DNA from: a virus
Direction: 5' to 3' (one strand)
Virus record (IMG/VR): IMGVR_UViG_3300022670_000458
Location: 1 to 50,051 of that record
DNA length: 50,051 nucleotides
Shown: piece after piece, positions 15,252 through 23,397 of the stretch
How the letters are laid out: every line of letters begins with the position of its first letter
How positions within the stretch are numbered: the first letter of the stretch is position 1
Program-made: the position numbers and the translations under genes
Notes under the pieces: model-generated
What the model saw: only the letters and a program-made list of their open reading frames with translations
The model's database searches: none
Told to the model about the DNA's origin: nothing

Positions 15252-15614
15252 ATGGTCACCGCTATTAGACAACCTAACAATGTGGAATCCTCGCAGGCTG
15301 TCGACATTCCAATCGACAACGAAGATGCGCATTACTTCCCGCTCGATCCGAACTTGGACACTATGCTTACTTTACCTAAAGGCGGTATCGTCGTAGAGGT
15401 GAGCGGTAGCGGTGATCTGAACGATGTCAATGGTGCTCCTCTTGTGAATGTTGACGATACACCTAACTGGTCTGTGATCGACGATAGCGCTTCGGATATG
15501 CTTCATGGCGATAATCGTGGGCTCACAGGCTTACGTATTACAGCTCAGTCAGCGCATGCTGCGGCTATCAAAGGTTCGATCATCCAGTACAAAGATCAAA
15601 TTAAAAAGGCTTAG
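15252..15614 (+). CDS. Hypothetical structural-cluster protein (120 aa)
   Basis: AAGGAG RBS. Confidence 0.7.
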   Translation: MVTAIRQPNNVESSQAVDIPIDNEDAHYFPLDPNLDTMLTLPKGGIVVEVSGSGDLNDVNGAPLVNVDDTPNWSVIDDSASDMLHGDNRGLTGLRITAQSAHAAAIKGSIIQYKDQIKKA

Positions 15615-15623
15615 GAGGCTCGT

Positions 15624-15923
15624 GTGGAGAAAAGATTGTGGTTCGGTGATCATGCCGAGTTAGACGCAAAAGTTGGTGAGGACGATTTCAATGAGTACGG
15701 TATTCACTCCTGCTGCTCGCAGTTCGATTCTGGAAATCCTTGTAGGCATGGGCCTGTAGAGTCCTTGGATCTCGGCCCGCCTTCTAAAGCTATCTTAGAG
15801 TGTGACGTCGGTGTAGATCTTTCGGCTATTTATCCTAGCTTTGTACAAAAATCAAAGGCACAGATCAGGGTCATACTGCAAGATTCGTCTTACGGCTTCT
15901 TTGATCCGACTCCCCTGACGTAA
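15624..15923 (+). CDS. Hypothetical protein (99 aa)
   Basis: GTG start with GGAGG 6 nt upstream. Stop overlaps the next ATG. Confidence 0.65.
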   Translation: MEKRLWFGDHAELDAKVGEDDFNEYGIHSCCSQFDSGNPCRHGPVESLDLGPPSKAILECDVGVDLSAIYPSFVQKSKAQIRVILQDSSYGFFDPTPLT

Positions 15924-18658
15924 TGGCCGTACCTACCGAAAGTTATATTTTTGACGGCGTAGATGGCTACATTGATTTCGAGGTACCTATCTGGCTCACT
16001 ACCGTAGGTACCGGCGCAGTCGGTATGGGCGGCTGGTTCAAGCCCATTGCCTCATCGACAAACTTTCAACGCCTCATAGGTTACGCCGGAACCTCTGGCG
16101 GTACCCCGGACAGTATGCAGATAGATATCGTTGAAAGCGATGATGGAAGTAATCCCAACAAGGTAAGAGCCTCGACTAATGGGCCTGATGGATTCACTCA
16201 AACATTCTCAGATTCCGCATTAACTTTTGGTACCTGGCTGCATCTATACACGCAGAGATTGGCTGGGTCGGGAGCTCTTGAATTATATGTAAATGGCGTT
16301 CTTGTGGCCACATTAGGTAGCGGGAACATACAGAACTTTAACGACTCCACTGGAAAACTAACGCTTGGTGCAGGGTTCATATCCGGCGCACCGCTTTTGT
16401 TTTCCAATACAAACGCATTACACCCCGTAGGATATGCTAAGGTCCTGACTTCAGCCGAGATCCTGAAAATATACAGTTGTGGGCTGTTCCTTGGTCCTCA
16501 AAACATCCCAGGCGTCCCCGTCCCAGACTTTTTTGCTCCATGTGATGAGCTAACAATATTCGATCAGGCCTATGAAGTCATTGGCGGTAATGCTGGCGAC
16601 TTTGATGGTGTGGACGATCGTGTTGAATTAGGTCCGCGCGCTGATGTATCTGCGATCGGTACTGGAGACTTCTTTATAGAAGCGACTATCGTATCGACAA
16701 AAGAATCTGTGACCGACCAGCATATCGTAGAAAGCAGCACCACAAGCGCTGCTACGTTAGACCGTTTTGGTATTAGTCTAGACAACAGCGGTAACACAAA
16801 TAAGGTGACTTTCTTTATAGGAGGTACCGGCGGCGCAACTGTTATCAAATCAAATATAGCCCACGCTGGATCTAACAAGAAAATTAAGATAAAGGCGCGT
16901 AGGACTTCTGGTACTATGTTCCTGGAAATAGACGACGTAGTCCAGACGGACAACGCAGCCAACACTGAGGATCTAACTTTACCGGCCAGCGGCGTTGTAG
17001 CGATCGGCGCCTCACCGTTCAATAGTTTTGTGGGTAGCTTCTTCGAAGGTAGAATCGGCGCTGTCAATCTAAACGATGTGTCTACGTATCTTCTAGGATT
17101 TGACGACACGCTCTACCCTAACGCCCTCGACGATCTCGGGATACCAGCAGTCGACCTTGACGGTATAGATGATCACGTTGTATTTTCTGACGCTCTCTTT
17201 GATGAGGGTAGCGCAAACTTTTATTATTCGTTCTGGTTCAAGACCCCTGATACAGCTACAACAGATTTACTTTTGGACAAACGTGGTGGAGCTGGGGCTG
17301 GATACCAGGTTGCAATCTTAGCCGATGGGCACCTTCAAGGTTTCTTCTCTGACGGGACAAACACTGTTTTGGTCGACGCGTCAACCACAGGTTTTGACGA
17401 TGACGTTCTGCATCATTGCATACTCCAACGGGCAGCCGGTGGTACCCTAAACCTCTACATAGATAATTCACTTGACGGTACCGGATCTAACGGTTCTCTG
17501 GGGAGCCTGGACGATGCTTCCGCTTTGACTATCGGAGCCCGAGCGAGCCTGGCTGACTTTGTCACCGGTAAGATGGCTATGGTCGAGAGGGGTAGTGGCG
17601 TGCTTTCTTCTGACGATCGTACAGCCCTATTCAACGGAGGCGTCCCCACTGCTGACGCCGTGATAACTGGCGCGACGGCGGTCAATCGTTACAGACTTGG
17701 TCTAGGCGACGCATTCCCTAACGTCCTTGACGACTTCGGAACACCGGCTGCTGAATTTGACGGTGTAGACGAACATGCGTGCATCCCGTCTAGCTCTGAT
17801 TTCACTGCAGGTTCTGCATTTACAGCCGGGTTTCAAATCAGAGTTCTAGGCCTTACTGGCGGAAACCAAGGAACATTTAGCCGAAATTTCAATAATGGTA
17901 CAGCCTCTGGAAATGCCGGCTGGCACATGTTCATGAAGAACACTAAGGTCCTGTCCTTTGAGGCACAAAACGGCGCCGCTTTTAGGAATGCTGCTACAGT
18001 GCTCAATATCGGCCAATTATACAATGTCATGTTTACCTACAACGGTACAGAGTGGCATTACTACTTAGATGGCGTGAATGATGATGGCAGTACCAGCGCG
18101 GTACCTGCGTCCATCACAGAGACCATCCCACAAGACATTGCTATCGCCAGTGCGCGTTTAGTATTTGGCCCACAGCCAGCGAACATACAGATGGGTAAAG
18201 TGTATTTCCTAAAAGGTAGGTTCGCTACGGTGGCCGAAGCTTTGGCAGTGAAGAACGCCAACGGGGAAATAAATAGTGTATTTAGTGACGTGTCTATAAA
18301 ACCGTTCTTACCGCTCGGACTTGGCGACGCATTCCCTGCAGCTAGAGAGATAAACCACGGTAATACTGCAGCGTACAACAATATGGAAGCCGACGACATG
18401 AAGCAATTCACAGCCGGCGCGTATAAAAACAATGTAGTCGGTGATCTCGTTCAGTTCACATCCGCTGAGTATAAAAACATGACGGAGGCTTCAGGGCGTA
18501 GCACGTTCTTCCGGGGGATCTTCAAAAATATGGTCATCGGTGATATCGAGGCCGTGGTCCCTAGTGGAGCAGAGCTGCCACGCTGCATCCTTGATGCGGC
18601 AAGAACCCTCGCAAAGAAACTCGTTCGATCACTAGTATCCGCACTGAAAACATCTTGA
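15923..18658 (+). CDS. 911-aa protein with four tandem LamG / concanavalin-A-like lectin modules
   Basis: Four about 190-aa modules, each opening with a hydrophobic-DG(V/I)D-(acidic or G)-(aromatic, H or R) motif (IFDGVDGY, DFDGVDDR, DLDGIDDH, EFDGVDEH). Recurring linker LGLGDAFP. Confidence 0.8.
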   Translation: MAVPTESYIFDGVDGYIDFEVPIWLTTVGTGAVGMGGWFKPIASSTNFQRLIGYAGTSGGTPDSMQIDIVESDDGSNPNKVRASTNGPDGFTQTFSDSALTFGTWLHLYTQRLAGSGALELYVNGVLVATLGSGNIQNFNDSTGKLTLGAGFISGAPLLFSNTNALHPVGYAKVLTSAEILKIYSCGLFLGPQNIPGVPVPDFFAPCDELTIFDQAYEVIGGNAGDFDGVDDRVELGPRADVSAIGTGDFFIEATIVSTKESVTDQHIVESSTTSAATLDRFGISLDNSGNTNKVTFFIGGTGGATVIKSNIAHAGSNKKIKIKARRTSGTMFLEIDDVVQTDNAANTEDLTLPASGVVAIGASPFNSFVGSFFEGRIGAVNLNDVSTYLLGFDDTLYPNALDDLGIPAVDLDGIDDHVVFSDALFDEGSANFYYSFWFKTPDTATTDLLLDKRGGAGAGYQVAILADGHLQGFFSDGTNTVLVDASTTGFDDDVLHHCILQRAAGGTLNLYIDNSLDGTGSNGSLGSLDDASALTIGARASLADFVTGKMAMVERGSGVLSSDDRTALFNGGVPTADAVITGATAVNRYRLGLGDAFPNVLDDFGTPAAEFDGVDEHACIPSSSDFTAGSAFTAGFQIRVLGLTGGNQGTFSRNFNNGTASGNAGWHMFMKNTKVLSFEAQNGAAFRNAATVLNIGQLYNVMFTYNGTEWHYYLDGVNDDGSTSAVPASITETIPQDIAIASARLVFGPQPANIQMGKVYFLKGRFATVAEALAVKNANGEINSVFSDVSIKPFLPLGLGDAFPAAREINHGNTAAYNNMEADDMKQFTAGAYKNNVVGDLVQFTSAEYKNMTEASGRSTFFRGIFKNMVIGDIEAVVPSGAELPRCILDAARTLAKKLVRSLVSALKTS

Positions 18659-18879
18659 GGATAATCGCACACCTATTTTTGTGGGCATCTTTAACCGGTT
18701 GTTATTGGCAGACGGTAGACATTGGTGGTAAGGTTTCACTCGGCGGACTCACCGCATACATAATTGATTTAGACGCGGGCTTCCATGTGAAGCTCAATAC
18801 AAAGGAAGGTGTAATACCAAATGAAACAGATCCAAAGAATGATCCTGCTGCTCATTCTCACTCTTGGGAGTGTCTTTAG
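18655..18879 (+). CDS. Putative small lipoprotein (74-aa precursor)
   Basis: TTG start overlapping the LamG gene stop (TTGA). Signal peptide MRIIAHLFLWASLTGC with lipobox LTGC. No clear RBS. Confidence 0.4.
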   Translation: MRIIAHLFLWASLTGCYWQTVDIGGKVSLGGLTAYIIDLDAGFHVKLNTKEGVIPNETDPKNDPAAHSHSWECL

Positions 18880-19321
18880 CGTAGGTTGTGGCCAGGTAGA
18901 TGAGCTCCGTCTCGCGCTCGGGCAAGTGTCAGAACATAAAGCGAAGATCGTCGAAGTTGAAAAGCAGCTCGAAGCTGTCATCGTCGCGTCGGAGAGCCAG
19001 AAGGCGGCTTTCAATGCGACATTTGATACCAACAAGGACGGCGTAGTTACAAAAGAAGAAGTGACCGGCAATAAGATCGGTATGATGACCTTAGTCATGG
19101 ATACGTTCAAGACGGGTGATTGGAAACAGATCGGTGGTATGATCCTGCTGTTTGTCTTTGTCTTCTTCGGCCTACACGGCGCGGATCCTAGAGCGAAATT
19201 AGCTCAATACGGTACAAAAGGTATGCTTGGTTGGGTCTTCAGACTCGCGGGTGCACTAGGCACAAAACCGAAACCGAAACCAGGCGTAATCAAGACCGAA
19301 GCAAAAGGTCCAGATACCTAA
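18821..19321 (+). CDS. Putative lipoprotein or signal-anchored protein with coiled coil and C-terminal TMD (166 aa); spanin-like topology
   Basis: N-terminus MKQIQRMILLLILTLGSVFSVGC (lipobox-like). Helical VDELRLALGQVSEHKAKIVEVEKQLEAV. C-terminal IGGMILLFVFVFFGL plus a basic tail. Confidence 0.7.
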   Translation: MKQIQRMILLLILTLGSVFSVGCGQVDELRLALGQVSEHKAKIVEVEKQLEAVIVASESQKAAFNATFDTNKDGVVTKEEVTGNKIGMMTLVMDTFKTGDWKQIGGMILLFVFVFFGLHGADPRAKLAQYGTKGMLGWVFRLAGALGTKPKPKPGVIKTEAKGPDT

Positions 19322-19797
19322 TGTTCACGCCCGAAGACTTATGTAAATCAGGAACAGAGGACGGCCATCAGGCCGCCCTCTTTTCTTGGGCTAATATGGC
19401 CCGGATCTACGGCTACGAGGCCGCCAGCGACGCTCTCTGTTACACTGAGAAGGGCTACGCGAAGAGCCGGTACCACAAGGCCGAGGGTATCACCGAAATG
19501 GAGATGCTGTTCGCTGTACCCAACGGTGGTAAGCGCGACAAACGCACGGCTGCCCGATTGCGTGCAACTGGTGTAAAGGCCGGATATCCTGACGTAGCCT
19601 TGGACGTATCCCGAGGAAACCACAACGGATTACGTATCGAACTGAAGCGCCCTAAATCACCAGGTAAACGTAAAGGCGCTACATCTCCAGAGCAGGAAGC
19701 GTGGCTCGATAAGCTCAACGCATACGGATACGCCGCTGTCATTTGTGTGGGCTGGGAGCAAGCGCGTAAAGTAATTATCGAATATCTTGCAGGATAA
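19321..19797 (+). CDS. VRR-NUC domain nuclease (158 aa)
   Basis: ATG 19321 overlaps the upstream stop (TAATG). Pattern FAVPNGG..R....A.L.A.GVKAGYPD...GLRIELK...G..S..Q..W...L...GY...C.G. Confidence 0.8.
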   Translation: MFTPEDLCKSGTEDGHQAALFSWANMARIYGYEAASDALCYTEKGYAKSRYHKAEGITEMEMLFAVPNGGKRDKRTAARLRATGVKAGYPDVALDVSRGNHNGLRIELKRPKSPGKRKGATSPEQEAWLDKLNAYGYAAVICVGWEQARKVIIEYLAG

Positions 19798-19812
19798 GCT
19801 GTACATTCACAG

Positions 19813-19839
19813 TTTACTATCGTATACTCTTCATAGTAT
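19813..19839 (+). promoter_or_regulatory. Possible rightward promoter of the same sequence family
   Basis: TTTACTATCGTATAC resembles TTGACTATCGTATAC at 5156-5142 (rc). TAGTAT follows a short 15-nt spacer. Confidence 0.35.
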
Positions 19840-19924
19840 TTTTATCTAAAGGAAAGTAGTCGTATTAGGCGTATCGCCAATGACTGCTAACAATCTAACG
19901 GTGCATAAGCACGAAGGAGCAGGC

Positions 19925-20674
19925 ATGGAACGGCCTACATTTGACGTATTGGACGCGGTATACGAAGCGACGCAGAATAGCGGATCGCACTACGTAGATC
20001 CTACGATTGGTAATGAACTACAGTTGAAGGGTCTCATTACTTTACACAACGACATTGTTGATGAGGATAGCGGCTGGATAGCTGCGCAAACAACCGACGC
20101 GGGTAATGCGTATGTGCCCACAAAAAGATTAGAGTTGGTACCAGTGATCGAGGAGCCTTTGGTTGCAGAACTACCACCGCCTCCCCCGATCGCATCACCC
20201 ATGGCCTTTGCTCCATGCGATGATGTCGAAGAGGTCGAAGAGAGCATTGTACCGACAGAGGTACCGACGGAAGTTGTCCCCGATGCTGCGGCCGAAGCTG
20301 CTCCCGATCTATTCGCTATCCATGAAGGCGGGGTTATACCTGATCGCACGCGTCGTACGGCTCGAAAAGAGACGTACCCGTTTGATCGTTTAGAAGAAGG
20401 TGACTTCTTTTTTGTCCCAGCAACCCCTGAGCGTCTGAACCCCGCTAAGTCTCTGGCCTCGACAGTATCGAGCGCAGCCAAACGCTATGCGATACAGAAC
20501 GGAACGCGCACCGTAAAAAGAAATGGTGCTGATAAAGAGGTACCGGCGTACACGTATTCACGGAAATTTAGTGCTATTACCATAAAACAAGGCGCTGAAG
20601 TCCAAAAGACATCAGGGGGGCCGTTTATCGCGCCCTGTGATGGTGCCGTGATCATGCGTGTAAAGGTAGAATAA
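19925..20674 (+). CDS. Hypothetical protein (249 aa) with a Pro/Glu-rich central linker
   Basis: ORF 19880-20674. ATG 19925 is preferred (GAAGGAG 6 nt upstream). ATG 19880 has no RBS. Confidence 0.7.
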   Translation: MERPTFDVLDAVYEATQNSGSHYVDPTIGNELQLKGLITLHNDIVDEDSGWIAAQTTDAGNAYVPTKRLELVPVIEEPLVAELPPPPPIASPMAFAPCDDVEEVEESIVPTEVPTEVVPDAAAEAAPDLFAIHEGGVIPDRTRRTARKETYPFDRLEEGDFFFVPATPERLNPAKSLASTVSSAAKRYAIQNGTRTVKRNGADKEVPAYTYSRKFSAITIKQGAEVQKTSGGPFIAPCDGAVIMRVKVE

Positions 20675-20789
20675 TTGTTGCATTACGGGGCTAGTCTGAA
20701 ATAATAAAGGCATGCTTTCCTTTAGAGCATAGGGGCGGCCGATCGAGTAAAGCCGGTTGGCTGCCCCACCTTATATAGAAAGACAAGCA

Positions 20790-20993
20790 ATGCCCGATGA
20801 CGAAGTAGTAGACATTGATAGACTTCTAGAGATCCATACGCTAATATCTAAAGTAGTGGCCTATAATGGTAGGCTTGATGAAAGGGTCAAATCATTGGAG
20901 ATGTGGAAATTTTGGATCATGGGACTTGTCGCTGCAACCGCCGTATGTTCTGTAGGCGTTGCTGTAAAACTTCTAATTAAAGGAGTCCTATAG
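20790..20993 (+). CDS. Small membrane protein (67 aa) with a C-terminal TMD
   Basis: ORF 20757-20993. ATG 20790 is preferred. TMD FWIMGLVAATAVCSVGVAVKLLI. Weak RBS. Confidence 0.5.
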   Translation: MPDDEVVDIDRLLEIHTLISKVVAYNGRLDERVKSLEMWKFWIMGLVAATAVCSVGVAVKLLIKGVL

Positions 20994-21407
20994 ATGTTCT
21001 TCCGCAAAAAACAAGAGGAGCTCCAATGCGCCGCCGGCACAGTAAAAGTACATGTTGAGAAACTAATCAAAGAACATGGGGTAGACGCGGTCATCGTCGA
21101 TAACGATCCCCAAGACGTCAAGTTCATGACGCGGTCCCTGCGCCGAAGCGGTATCAATTGTGTGGGCGTGTCGAATGAAGACGATGTTTATCGTGTCATA
21201 GAACTATGTAACCCAAAAATAATTATTCTGGACTTCAGAGGGAGTGAGCGTATCGCCGAACGCGTCGCCATCGACTACCCCGACCGTTCCGTCATTTGTA
21301 GTGGTATGGTTTTTTCAGCCCTAGACGATTTAGCGGCAAAAGTGAAGCGTGTATTTTCTAAGGACAATCTCGATCCGCTCGTTGCATACATCAAAACTGG
21401 AACGTAG
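20994..21407 (+). CDS. Stand-alone CheY-like receiver (REC) domain protein (137 aa)
   Basis: AAGGAG RBS. Pattern fits the REC fold: AVIVDNDP (acidic pocket), KIIILDF (phospho-acceptor position), VICSGM (T/S position), VFSKD (Lys position). Stop overlaps the terS start. Confidence 0.55.
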   Translation: MFFRKKQEELQCAAGTVKVHVEKLIKEHGVDAVIVDNDPQDVKFMTRSLRRSGINCVGVSNEDDVYRVIELCNPKIIILDFRGSERIAERVAIDYPDRSVICSGMVFSALDDLAAKVKRVFSKDNLDPLVAYIKTGT

Positions 21408-21859
21408 TGGACGAAGCAGAGAATAAAAAAGCTTTTGCCATTGCCTTGCTACACACCCCTGACGACTCGTTCGCAGCAGCTACCAAAGTTTTCCCAAACA
21501 ATCCCGCAAAAGCTCTAACTGTTCACGGTATATGGGTTAGCGATCTCGATGTAAAAGAATACCAGGTCGCCTACTTATCTTCGCACGGGGAAGCCGCAAC
21601 GCTACCGTCTAAAGAGAAAGTGTCTCGTGAGATTTACGCCATTGCAAGTGACAGACGTACGCCGATCGAAGATCGTCTAAAGGCGTATAAACTGTACGGC
21701 GATATGCGCGGCTACATCGAAAAGCCGGGTACTACGATCGACGCGCGTACCCAAAAAGTCACCCATAATGTTATGATCGTAAACAGTAGCGGCGACGATG
21801 ACGCCTGGGCTAAAAAAGTGAAGGCCCAGCAGGAACGACTTATTAGTGATAGCAACTGA
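21407..21859 (+). CDS. terS: Terminase small subunit (150 aa)
   Basis: Size and position immediately upstream of, and overlapping, terL. GTG start overlaps the upstream TAG. Confidence 0.6.
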   Translation: MDEAENKKAFAIALLHTPDDSFAAATKVFPNNPAKALTVHGIWVSDLDVKEYQVAYLSSHGEAATLPSKEKVSREIYAIASDRRTPIEDRLKAYKLYGDMRGYIEKPGTTIDARTQKVTHNVMIVNSSGDDDAWAKKVKAQQERLISDSN

Positions 21860-23387
21860 TGCCGCACCAAATGTTGTTTGGCAACCTATACCCGGAACAT
21901 CCCAAGAGATCGCGATCGACAGCCGCTGCCATCATACTTTATATGATGGTGCGCGTGGCCCAGGTAAGACCATCACGCAACTTATGTATTACCGGAAAGG
22001 CGTCGGACTTGGGTACGGCTCTTTTTGGAAAGGCATTATCCTCGACCGTGAGTTCAAGAACCTCTCGGACCTTGTCGCGCAATCGAAACGTTTCTTTTAC
22101 CAGTTCGGCGACGGCGCAAAATTCTTAACAGGCGGGGCTGATTACAAGTGGATATGGCCGACTGGTGAAGAGCTTCTTTTTAGGCACGCCAAAAAGATCT
22201 CGGACTACGACAACTTTCACGGGCACGAGTATGCCTTTATCGGCTGGAACGAGCTGACCAAATACCCGACGTCTGAACTTTACGACAAGATGATGTCGAC
22301 AAACAGATCATCATTCGACCCGGTCAGGGACACGCCGCGTGATCCAGACCATATGGATAAGTACGCCACACACGATGGCCTACCACTCCCCCGTATACCG
22401 CTACGAGTCTTCAGCACAACAAACCCACAAGGTCCGGGGCATCACTGGGTCAAGAGTCAGTTTATTACACCAGTCCCTAGAGGTGAGATCCTTCGAAGAG
22501 AGACGCCTGTCTTTAACCCACAAACACAGAAGGACGAGATTGTAGTAAAAACACAGGTGGCTATTTTTGGATCGTACCGTGAAAACATTTACTTACCGCC
22601 TGAGTACGTGGCCGAGCTTGAAAACATCAAGGACCCTAACCTACGCGCAGCCTGGCTGCACGGATCTTGGGACGTAAACGCCGGTGGCGCGTTTGATGAC
22701 CTGTGGCAAATCAACGTCCACATTGTACCTAGATTCCGGGTGCCTTATTCGTGGAAGATCGATCGTGCCTTTGACTGGGGCTCGACCCATCCTTTTAGTG
22801 TGGGCTGGTGGGCCGAAGCTGACGGTACTGAGGCTACGCTGCCGGACGGCACTAAGTTCTGTCCGACACGCGGATCTCTAATCCAGTTCGCAGAGTGGTA
22901 CGGCACCAGGGCTATTGGTACAAACAAAGGGCTCAAACTTTCGGCAACAGATATTGCCGACGGCATTATCACGCGCGAGACAGACTTTTTATCCAAGAGT
23001 TGGATAAAAATGAAGCCTAGTCCAGGACCCGCCGACAATCAGATAAGCAACGTCCGCGAGATAGATGTCGATACGATCGAGAAGAAAATGGCCGATCGGG
23101 GCATCCGCTGGACTAAATCAGACAAGTCGCCAGGATCCCGAGCGAACGGCTTTCAAATTTTGAGAGATCGTTTAGAATCTTCTGTAAGACAGGAAGGGCC
23201 TGGTATATACTTCATGAATAATTGCCAAGGGTCTATTATTACGATCCCAGCTTTACCGCGTGATGACGTGAAACTGGACGATGTGGATACCGATGCAGAG
23301 GACCACCCTTATGATATGGTGCGGTATCGTGCTATGAAAGGTAACAATAGAATGGCCACATCTCTTCCGGTAACTTTCCCGACCTAA
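21846..23387 (+). CDS. terL: Terminase large subunit (513 aa)
   Basis: Walker A-like YDGARGPGKTI near the N-terminus. Size and position before the portal gene. GTG start. Confidence 0.88.
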   Translation: MIATDAAPNVVWQPIPGTSQEIAIDSRCHHTLYDGARGPGKTITQLMYYRKGVGLGYGSFWKGIILDREFKNLSDLVAQSKRFFYQFGDGAKFLTGGADYKWIWPTGEELLFRHAKKISDYDNFHGHEYAFIGWNELTKYPTSELYDKMMSTNRSSFDPVRDTPRDPDHMDKYATHDGLPLPRIPLRVFSTTNPQGPGHHWVKSQFITPVPRGEILRRETPVFNPQTQKDEIVVKTQVAIFGSYRENIYLPPEYVAELENIKDPNLRAAWLHGSWDVNAGGAFDDLWQINVHIVPRFRVPYSWKIDRAFDWGSTHPFSVGWWAEADGTEATLPDGTKFCPTRGSLIQFAEWYGTRAIGTNKGLKLSATDIADGIITRETDFLSKSWIKMKPSPGPADNQISNVREIDVDTIEKKMADRGIRWTKSDKSPGSRANGFQILRDRLESSVRQEGPGIYFMNNCQGSIITIPALPRDDVKLDDVDTDAEDHPYDMVRYRAMKGNNRMATSLPVTFPT

Positions 23388-23397
23388 GGAACGCGCT

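Noticed and set aside
15923-18658. Possibility that the lectin-fold protein is the target of a diversity-generating retroelement
   Set aside because: No reverse transcriptase (no YxDD-containing ORF) occurs anywhere in the genome. I found no template/variable repeat pair near the 3' end of this or the other fibre genes.
20612-20727. Minus-strand copy of the phage RBS consensus (CTCTAAAGGAAAGC-ATG, ATG at 20713) opening a 33-aa antisense ORF. An orphan CTAAAGGAAAG at 19846-19856 is not followed by any start codon
   Set aside because: There is no leftward promoter nearby. The ORF is tiny and overlaps the 3' end of a rightward gene. The motif lies in a weak palindrome (ATGCT...AGCAT), which probably explains the resemblance.
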